A DNA stretch of 64,000 nucleotides from Nautiliaceae bacterium (GTDB lineage: Bacteria > Campylobacterota > Campylobacteria > Campylobacterales > Nautiliaceae): positions 240,606 to 304,605 of the forward strand of contig JBDONT010000043.1 in NCBI GenBank assembly GCA_039831155.1, given 5' to 3'. The position numbers were made by a program, and so were the translations under genes. Shown here in pieces: positions 56,529 through 64,000 of the stretch (positions are counted from its first letter, which is position 1; each line of letters starts with the position of its first letter). Under the pieces are notes generated by a model. The model had not been told where the DNA came from. It worked only from the letters and a program-made list of their open reading frames with translations, and ran no database searches.

Positions 56529-59105
56529 ATGAAAGAATATAATCCTAAACAATTGGAAAAAGAGTTTTATCAAACGTGGGAGAGAGAAGGATTTTTTGAA
56601 GTGGATTATTCCAAAGAAAAAAATTTCTGTATTATGATGCCACCTCCCAATGTAACCGGGAAACTTCACATAGGTCACGCTCTTACGTTTACGCTGCAAG
56701 ATATTATAGTAAGATACAAAAGAATGGACGGATACGCAACGCTTTGGCAACCTGGTACCGACCACGCCGGAATCGCGACACAAAATGTAGTTGAAAAACA
56801 GATTTTAGCCGAAGGAAAAACCAAAGAAGAATTAGGACGCAAAGAGTTTTTAAAAAGAGTATGGGAGTGGAAAGAATACAGCGGAGGAACGATTACCAAA
56901 CAATTAAGAAGCCTTGGAGCAAGTCCTGCTTGGAGCAGAGAACGTTTTACTATGGATGAAGGACTTCAAAGGGCTGTTAGGGTTGCTTTTAAAAAACTTT
57001 ACGACGAAGGGCTTATAGTAAAAGGCAACTATATGGTTAACTGGTGCCCGAAAGACGGGGCACTAAGTGATATAGAGGTGGAATACGAAACTCACAAAGG
57101 TAAGCTTGTTCATATTAAATATCCTATTAAAGACAACAATGAATACATAGTAGTAGCCACTACAAGACCGGAAACATACTTCGGAGATACTGCCGTTATG
57201 GTAAACCCTGAAGACGAAAGATACAAACACCTAATCGGTAAAAAAGTAATTCTTCCTCTTGTAAACAGAGAAATTCCTATAATCGCCGATGAGTACGTAG
57301 ATACGGAATTCGGAACCGGGGCTGTAAAAGTTACACCTGCTCACGACCCGAACGACTATGAAGTGGGACTTAGACACAATCTTGAAATTATAAAAGTATT
57401 CGACGAAAAAGGTATATTAAACGAACACGCCCTTGAATTTAAAGGAAGAGACAGAATAGAAGCAAGAGAAGATATAATCAAAAAACTTGAAAACGAAGGC
57501 TTTATAGAAAAAATAGAAGAACACACTCATCAAGTAGGTCACTGCTACAGATGTAAAAGCGTAATAGAACCTTACGTATCGACTCAATGGTTTTTGAAAA
57601 AAGAAGTAGCCATTCCGGCTATAGAAGCCGCAAACAGAGGGGATGTAAAATTTCACCCGGCTCAATGGAAAAACAACTATGACGCCTGGATGAGAGAACT
57701 TAGAGACTGGTGTATAAGCCGCCAGCTTTGGTGGGGGCATCAGATTCCCGTATATTACTGCGACGAATGTAAACACGAATGGGCAAGTGTTGAAGAACCG
57801 AAAGAGTGTCCTAAATGTAAAAGTAAAAATTTCCATCAAGACCCCGACGTTCTTGATACGTGGTTTAGTTCTGCCCTTTGGCCTTTTTCGACACTGGGAT
57901 GGGAAAACGGCGAATGGGGTAAAGGCGAAAAATGGCAACCTCAAGACCTTGATAGATTTTATCCAAACAACCTCTTAATTACCGGATTTGACATTCTTTT
58001 CTTCTGGGTTGCAAGAATGATGATGATGGGGGTACATTTCCTTAAAGACGTACCTTTTAAAGACGTATACCTTCACGCCCTGGTTCGCGACGAACACGGA
58101 CAAAAAATGAGCAAAAGCAAAGGTAATGTAATTGACCCTCTTGAAGTTATAGAAAAATATTCTGCCGATGCTTTAAGATTTACTTTGGCAATTCTAGCCG
58201 TACAAGGTAGGGATATTAAACTTAGCGAAAATAAAATTATAGAAAGCAGAAACTTTACAAACAAACTCTATAACGCGGCAAGATTTTTAAAAATGCATAA
58301 TGATAAATTTGAAGACCTAGAAAACATCCAAATCAAAACGGAACTTGGAAAATGGATGCTTTATAAGCTAAATGAAGCCACTAAAAACGTAAGACGCGAA
58401 CTTGATGAATATAAATTTAACGACGCTGCTATGACTTTATATAGATTTTTATGGCAGGATTTTTGCGACTGGGGAATAGAACTTAGCAAAGTTAGCAAAG
58501 ATTCTATCAACGAACTTGGAAGTATTTATAAAGAGGCTATGAAACTGCTACATCCTTTTATGCCCTTTATTACGGAATTTTTATATCAAGAGTTGTCTTT
58601 AGGAGATATAAAATCAAACACTATTATGCTAAAAGAGTTCCCGAAAGTAAAAGAAATAAATAAACCTGCAGATTTTGATTTAATTATAGAAGCGATTGTA
58701 AGCCTTAGAAGAATAAAAGCACTAACCGGAGCTAAAGAGATTAAAAAAGCTTACATTTTGGCAAATCTTCCGGAACTTGCAAAAGAGTACATTAAAAAAC
58801 TGGCTAAAGTTGAAGACGTAGAGTTTATAACCACACCTATCGAAAACGCAATAAGAGACATTTCGGACAACCTTGAAACAATGGTAAGCAAAGATGAAGT
58901 GGATATTACACCTCTAATTGAAAGACTTACAAAACAGAAAGAAAAGCTCTCTAAAGAAATAGAAAAACTAGAAAAAAAACTCTCAAATAAAAATTTCGTA
59001 GAACGTGCTCCAAAAGAAGTAGTGAAAAAAAATCAAAAAGAACTTAAAGAATTTAAAGAAAAATTTGAAAAAATAGAAGATGAGTTAAGGAAATTAAATG
59101 CGTAA
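56529..59105 (+). CDS. valS: Valine--tRNA ligase
   Basis: PPPNVTG.LHIGH, DWCISRQLWWGH, KMSKS, C-terminal coiled coil. Confidence 0.98.
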   Translation: MKEYNPKQLEKEFYQTWEREGFFEVDYSKEKNFCIMMPPPNVTGKLHIGHALTFTLQDIIVRYKRMDGYATLWQPGTDHAGIATQNVVEKQILAEGKTKEELGRKEFLKRVWEWKEYSGGTITKQLRSLGASPAWSRERFTMDEGLQRAVRVAFKKLYDEGLIVKGNYMVNWCPKDGALSDIEVEYETHKGKLVHIKYPIKDNNEYIVVATTRPETYFGDTAVMVNPEDERYKHLIGKKVILPLVNREIPIIADEYVDTEFGTGAVKVTPAHDPNDYEVGLRHNLEIIKVFDEKGILNEHALEFKGRDRIEAREDIIKKLENEGFIEKIEEHTHQVGHCYRCKSVIEPYVSTQWFLKKEVAIPAIEAANRGDVKFHPAQWKNNYDAWMRELRDWCISRQLWWGHQIPVYYCDECKHEWASVEEPKECPKCKSKNFHQDPDVLDTWFSSALWPFSTLGWENGEWGKGEKWQPQDLDRFYPNNLLITGFDILFFWVARMMMMGVHFLKDVPFKDVYLHALVRDEHGQKMSKSKGNVIDPLEVIEKYSADALRFTLAILAVQGRDIKLSENKIIESRNFTNKLYNAARFLKMHNDKFEDLENIQIKTELGKWMLYKLNEATKNVRRELDEYKFNDAAMTLYRFLWQDFCDWGIELSKVSKDSINELGSIYKEAMKLLHPFMPFITEFLYQELSLGDIKSNTIMLKEFPKVKEINKPADFDLIIEAIVSLRRIKALTGAKEIKKAYILANLPELAKEYIKKLAKVEDVEFITTPIENAIRDISDNLETMVSKDEVDITPLIERLTKQKEKLSKEIEKLEKKLSNKNFVERAPKEVVKKNQKELKEFKEKFEKIEDELRKLNA

Positions 59106-59712
59106 GCTCTTTTTTCTTTTTCCTCTTATATTTCTTGCGTGTTCTAAAAACACCCCCTCAAAAGAGAATTTAACGGCTCTAAAATGGCATACGAAAATTT
59201 ATAAAAACATTCAAGTAAAAAACCTAGATGCAGCCGATAACGACTTTATCTCCCTAGAAGCCGAACACCCTACTTCGATTTACATAAAAACTGACCTTTT
59301 GGCACTATTTTTAGCTCATCTAAAGAGTGAAGAATATGATTTAAGCGAATTTTATTTAAACCAATACGAAAAAAGATTCGCTTCTTTAAAAGATATAGAA
59401 TGGATAGGATATCAAAAAATCAAACTCCACTTTTTAAAATACCAAAATCCTTACACCGACCAAAAGGCGATTTTAGACCTTATAAAAGAGTGCAATAATT
59501 ACATCTCTTCATATCCTAATTCAAAATACAAACTTGAAGTCGCTACAATACTGGCAAAAGCCGATTTGACAAAGAGATATTTAAATGATAAAATATATAA
59601 ACTTTATAAAAAATTAGACAAACCAAAAGCTGCTAAACTTTACAAAACAAAAATCCCTAAAAATTCAAAACCACCAGTAGTTCATTGGTATAAAAAACTA
59701 TTTTATTGGTAA
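59098..59712 (+). CDS. bamD: Outer membrane assembly lipoprotein BamD
   Basis: Lipobox FLAC; TPR-like LEAEHP.S.Y and YPNSKY; upstream of lon. Confidence 0.82.
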   Translation: MRKLFFLFPLIFLACSKNTPSKENLTALKWHTKIYKNIQVKNLDAADNDFISLEAEHPTSIYIKTDLLALFLAHLKSEEYDLSEFYLNQYEKRFASLKDIEWIGYQKIKLHFLKYQNPYTDQKAILDLIKECNNYISSYPNSKYKLEVATILAKADLTKRYLNDKIYKLYKKLDKPKAAKLYKTKIPKNSKPPVVHWYKKLFYW

Positions 59713-59721
59713 GGAGAAAAT

Positions 59722-62055
59722 TTGACGCTAGAAAACTATAAAGAATTACCCAGCATTATTCCAGTATTAAAAGAAAAAGAGTTAATTTACCCTTTTATGA
59801 TTATTCCGATTTTCTTAGAAGATAAAACCGATATTATAGCCGTTCAAAAAGCGATAAACGACCACTCTTTACTTTTTGTTTCAATTAACGATGAAATAGG
59901 CACATACGGAACAATAGGTACAATAATAAGAAAAGTAACTCTTCCCGAAGGAAAAGTTAAAATCCTTTTTCAAGGACTTACAAGAGGTAAAATTTTAGAA
60001 ATTACCGATAAAAACCCTACTATGGCTTTAATAGATAAAGTAATTCCCTCAAGCAAAGTTGATAAAAAAGAGATAAACGCCCTGCTTGAGACTTTAAAAG
60101 AACACATAATTACACTAAGTGAGCTTAGTCCGTTTTTGCCTAAAGACTTCATAAAAATAATAGACAACAATTCAGACCCTAACAGAATTATAGATATCAT
60201 CGCAAGTTCTTTAAAACTTCCGAACGAAAAAGGTTATGAGCTATTTAAAGAAACCGATACTTACCAAAGACTGATAAAACTAATACACTTTATTTTAGAA
60301 GAGATAGAGTCTATAAAGCTAAAAAACGAACTATCAAAAAAAGTAATGGAGCAAGTCCAAGAAGTAAACCGTGAACATCTCCTAAAACAACAGCTTAAAT
60401 TAATTCAACAAGAACTGGGCTTGACAAATGAAATAGAAGAAGAGATTAAAGAATACTATGAAAAATTAGAAGAACTAAAACCTCATATGCCTCAAAGTGC
60501 CTATAAAGAGATAAAAAAACAAATAGACAGATTAAGAAGAATGCACCCGGACAGCTCCGAAGCCACAACAACTCAAAACTATATCGAATGGGCACTTGAA
60601 ATACCTTTTGGTAAATACGCAAAAGAAGAATTCAGTATAGAAGAGTTACAACAAAGACTGGATAAAGACCACTGGGGGCTTAAAAAGCCTAAAGAGAGAA
60701 TAGTGGAATATTTCGCGGCAAAAGAACTTGCAAAACTTAGAAACAACGAATTCAGTGGGGCTATTTTATGTTTTGTAGGGCCTCCTGGAGTCGGTAAAAC
60801 GAGTCTTGCAAATTCTATCGCAAAATCTCTTGAGAGAGAACTTGTAAGAATAGCACTTGGAGGACTTGAAGACGTAAACGAACTAAGAGGTCACAGACGT
60901 ACATACATAGGGGCAATGCCGGGGCGTATAGCTCAAGGGCTTATAAACGCAAAAGAGATGAACCCCGTCATGGTACTTGACGAAATAGATAAAATAGCAA
61001 GATACAGAGGAGACCCTACAGCAGTTTTACTGGAAGTCTTAGACCCGGAACAAAACAAAGAATTCAGAGACTTATATCTAAACTTTGATTTGGATTTAAG
61101 TAAAGTTTTATTTATAGCAACGGCAAACGACCCTAGCACTATCCCCGGACCTCTTAAAGACAGAATGGAGATGATATTCGTAGGAAGCTATACTCCTCAA
61201 GAAAAATTTGAGATTGCCAAAAGATATCTGATTCCTCAAGAGATGAAAAAACATTCTCTTAAAAAAAGCGAAGTTTCAATAAGCGATAAAGCTTTAATCG
61301 AGATTATAGACAAATACACCAAAGAAGCCGGGGTTAGAAACTTAAGAAGAGTGATAGCCAAACTTATGAGAAAAGCGGCTCTTGAGATATTAAAAGGAAA
61401 AGAAAAAGTAAGAATCAGCGTCAAAAATCTGCACGAATACCTGGAAAAACCACTATTTGGAATAGAAAGCGTAGATAAAAAAGATAAAGTAGGTGTTGTA
61501 AACGGTCTTGCGTGGACGCCGGTTGGTGGAGACGTACTTAAAGTCGAAGCCGTCAAATACAGAGGAAGAGGTCAAGTGATATTAACCGGTCAATTAGGCG
61601 ATGTAATGAAAGAATCGGCTCATATCGCATACACTCTTATAAAAGTTTTAATAGACAACAAAAAAATAAAAACAACCGAACGCTCAAAAGAACCGATTTA
61701 CTCAAAATACAATATCCACATTCACGTCCCGGAAGGTGCCATACCAAAAGACGGGCCTAGTGCCGGTATAACAATGACAACAGCAATCGCCAGTCTTTTT
61801 ACGAATAAAAAAGTAAAATCCGACGCAGCAATGACCGGGGAAATTACTTTAACGGGTGAAGTATTGCCTATCGGAGGATTAAAAGAAAAACTGATAGCGG
61901 CTTACAAAGCCAAAATCAAAACCGTATTAATACCTCAAAAAAATTACGAAAGAGATCTTGACGATATCCCGGAAGAAGTAAAAAAAGGGCTTGAAATAAT
62001 ACCTGTAAAAAGAATAGAAGAAGTGCTAGATAATGCGTTGGTTAATAATAACTAG
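59722..62055 (+). CDS. lon: Lon protease
   Basis: GPPGVGKTS, RGHRRTYIGAMPG, PKDGPSAG, IGGLKEK. Confidence 0.97.
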   Translation: MTLENYKELPSIIPVLKEKELIYPFMIIPIFLEDKTDIIAVQKAINDHSLLFVSINDEIGTYGTIGTIIRKVTLPEGKVKILFQGLTRGKILEITDKNPTMALIDKVIPSSKVDKKEINALLETLKEHIITLSELSPFLPKDFIKIIDNNSDPNRIIDIIASSLKLPNEKGYELFKETDTYQRLIKLIHFILEEIESIKLKNELSKKVMEQVQEVNREHLLKQQLKLIQQELGLTNEIEEEIKEYYEKLEELKPHMPQSAYKEIKKQIDRLRRMHPDSSEATTTQNYIEWALEIPFGKYAKEEFSIEELQQRLDKDHWGLKKPKERIVEYFAAKELAKLRNNEFSGAILCFVGPPGVGKTSLANSIAKSLERELVRIALGGLEDVNELRGHRRTYIGAMPGRIAQGLINAKEMNPVMVLDEIDKIARYRGDPTAVLLEVLDPEQNKEFRDLYLNFDLDLSKVLFIATANDPSTIPGPLKDRMEMIFVGSYTPQEKFEIAKRYLIPQEMKKHSLKKSEVSISDKALIEIIDKYTKEAGVRNLRRVIAKLMRKAALEILKGKEKVRISVKNLHEYLEKPLFGIESVDKKDKVGVVNGLAWTPVGGDVLKVEAVKYRGRGQVILTGQLGDVMKESAHIAYTLIKVLIDNKKIKTTERSKEPIYSKYNIHIHVPEGAIPKDGPSAGITMTTAIASLFTNKKVKSDAAMTGEITLTGEVLPIGGLKEKLIAAYKAKIKTVLIPQKNYERDLDDIPEEVKKGLEIIPVKRIEEVLDNALVNNN

Positions 62056-62626
62056 CCTATTTTCCTTTCTCTTTGCCGATATAAACTCAAAAATTATAAA
62101 CTTTTATAAACATTACTACCCAAAGATTCATATTAAACAAATAATCTCCAATAAACCGTTTCCAAATAAGTATAAAAAAGTAGATTTAAGTATGTTAAAC
62201 CCGAAACTCTCAAACGGACTTATTAAAATAGACAACTCCTACTATTCCATTAAAATAGATGCGAGTATATTAGCATATGTAGCCGATAAAACAATAAAAA
62301 TAAACGAATTTATAGAACCGAACGTAAATTTAAAAGAAATAAAATTCAGAGTCTTTTACTCCCCTCTTGTCTATAACGTAAAAAATTTAGTTGCCAAACA
62401 GATTATCTCCAAAAACGGGGTTATTACGAAAAACAACACCAAAAAAGCCCCGGACGTATTTAAAAATCAAAGCGTCCAGGTAATTATAAAATCCCCCAAC
62501 ATAGACATAATAACATCTGCCGTGGCATTAAACGACGGAAACGTAGGAGAATTTATCAAAATAAAACTAAACAATAAAATTCTAAACGCACAAATCATAA
62601 AACCGGGCGTCGTAACAATAAAATAG
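62033..62626 (+). CDS. flgA: Flagellar P-ring formation chaperone FlgA
   Basis: Signal peptide; SAF-like region; AL.DGNVGEFIKI; followed by ubiX. Confidence 0.72.
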   Translation: MRWLIITSLFSFLFADINSKIINFYKHYYPKIHIKQIISNKPFPNKYKKVDLSMLNPKLSNGLIKIDNSYYSIKIDASILAYVADKTIKINEFIEPNVNLKEIKFRVFYSPLVYNVKNLVAKQIISKNGVITKNNTKKAPDVFKNQSVQVIIKSPNIDIITSAVALNDGNVGEFIKIKLNNKILNAQIIKPGVVTIK

Positions 62627-62634
62627 GAAAAAAG

Positions 62635-63150
62635 ATGAAAATTTTGGTATGTATAAGTGGAGCTAGTGGAGCTAGTCTCGGATTAAAACTATACAACTTA
62701 ATTCCACCTAAATACGAAAGATTCTTAGTAGTAAGCAAACACGCAACAACAGTCCTTGAAAAAGAGGAAAACATATTTTTAAACGATGATATTTCAGCTC
62801 CTGTGGCAAGCGGAAGTTTTGGAGTTGATGTAACTTTTATAGTCCCTTGCAGTATGAACTCACTAGCTAAAATAGCGGTCGGAATAGCCGATAATCTTAT
62901 CACAAGAGCGGCGGCGGTAGCCATAAAAGAAAAGAAAAAACTTATAATAGCCCCCAGGGAAATGCCTCTTAGCGAAACTTACTTAGAACATATGCTAAAA
63001 CTCTCAAGATTTCAAAATGTTATAATTGCACCTCCTATATTCGGATACTATAACGAACCTAAAACAATTCAAGATATTGAGATGTTTTTAATAGGCAAAT
63101 GGTTTGATTTAGCCGGTATTGAAAATAACTTTTTTAAAAGGTGGAAATAG
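62635..63150 (+). CDS. ubiX: Flavin prenyltransferase UbiX
   Basis: ISGASGA, ASGSF, PCSMNSLAKIA.G.ADNLI.RAA, PREMP. Confidence 0.93.
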   Translation: MKILVCISGASGASLGLKLYNLIPPKYERFLVVSKHATTVLEKEENIFLNDDISAPVASGSFGVDVTFIVPCSMNSLAKIAVGIADNLITRAAAVAIKEKKKLIIAPREMPLSETYLEHMLKLSRFQNVIIAPPIFGYYNEPKTIQDIEMFLIGKWFDLAGIENNFFKRWK

Positions 63151-64000
63151 TGAAATTTAAATTAAAATTAGCTAAAATAGATGAAGCGGAATTTGAAATA
63201 AAACCGTTAACAATATTTGTAGGACAAAACGGAACAAATAAAAGTTATGTCGCCCATACTGTATATGAACTAAATAGTTTTAAATTAAATAGTGAAATAT
63301 TTGAAAAAATCAAAAATTCCTTAAATATCGAGCAAAAAAAAATTATCGAATATATAAATAAAAATAAAATAAAAGAGAGTGATTTAAATATTAATATTGA
63401 TATTAATATTGAGGATGAAATTATTTTAGAAAAACAATTAGAGATTAAAGTAGATGACCGAATTTACCAAATTACCGAAAAGCTAAAAAATATTTTAGAA
63501 GATTTGTTAATAAAATATCTAAATAATACATTCAATTCAGAAGAAAATATCTTAAAATATATTGAAATTAAAGATGATATCAATCTAAATGAAAAAATAA
63601 CAATTAGATTTATCTATAAAAAAGACCAAAATAAAAAAAATATCATTATAAATCACTTTTTATTATACCTGATAAAAAAATTAATCAACTTTAAAATTTC
63701 TCAAAAAACCTTCTATTTCCCAGCTTCAAGAACCGGTTTTGTATTGGCTTTTGATGAAATAGTATCGGGACTGTTTAGAGACAAACTCGGAGGAACTCCA
63801 ACAAACACAAAATTAACAAAACCTACAAAAGAATTTTTACAAAATTTTGCAGACATTAAAATAGGAAAATTTGAAGACAATGACTTTTTTAATATAAAAA
63901 ACAGAGATAAGAATATAAAAACTTTAATTGAATATATTGAACATAATATAATACACGGAATAATAAAAGAAAAAAAGGAACACAATTACACAAAATATTA
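63150..64000 (+). CDS. ABC/AAA-type (AAA_15/AAA_21-like) ATPase, 3'-partial (not in ORF track)
   Basis: GTG 63150, frame open to the window end: ...IKPLTIFVGQNGTNKSY (Walker A variant)...FYFPASRTGF. Confidence 0.75.
   Translation, partial: MKFKLKLAKIDEAEFEIKPLTIFVGQNGTNKSYVAHTVYELNSFKLNSEIFEKIKNSLNIEQKKIIEYINKNKIKESDLNINIDINIEDEIILEKQLEIKVDDRIYQITEKLKNILEDLLIKYLNNTFNSEENILKYIEIKDDINLNEKITIRFIYKKDQNKKNIIINHFLLYLIKKLINFKISQKTFYFPASRTGFVLAFDEIVSGLFRDKLGGTPTNTKLTKPTKEFLQNFADIKIGKFEDNDFFNIKNRDKNIKTLIEYIEHNIIHGIIKEKKEHNYTKY

Noticed and set aside
57417-57944. 175-aa - strand ORF and other short ORFs inside valS and lon
   Set aside because: Antisense shadows of highly conserved genes

Overview
AT-rich, gene-dense chromosomal segment from a Campylobacterota (epsilonproteobacterial) genome. 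Gene order (rpsO/rrf2-flhA, surE-tcdA, bamD-lon, flgA-ubiX), the futalosine gene mqnC, BioV and TGnTAnAAT promoters support the phylum; a Nautiliaceae-like vent organism is my inference. Most of the window is core housekeeping: Met/His/Lys/Pro/purine biosynthesis, tRNA/rRNA modification, flagellar export, envelope biogenesis, the rpmH-rnpA-yidD-yidC-jag-mnmE cluster, pnp, valS and lon. I saw no rRNA, tRNA, CRISPR array or IS element. Main observations the ORF track misses: (1) a 19-aa extremely basic ORF (47933-47992, MARGKFKMKRKRRRVLYSK) with its own promoter and strong SD, resembling tiny rRNA-binding ribosomal peptides; (2) three prepilin-like proteins carrying 19 D/E-x-N-x-S/T N-glycosylation sequons, 13 in one protein; (3) probable non-canonical starts for flhA (CTG), rnpA (ATT) and a J-domain gene (ATC); (4) three accessory genes broken by single-base deficits in homopolymers (sequencing artefact, phase variation or decay); (5) a compact YcaO between surE and tcdA, an MlaD with a C-terminal beta-barrel-like domain, a PAS pseudokinase, and an AT-rich ABC/AAA ATPase running off the right edge. 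Functional calls come from motif recognition only; no searches were run.
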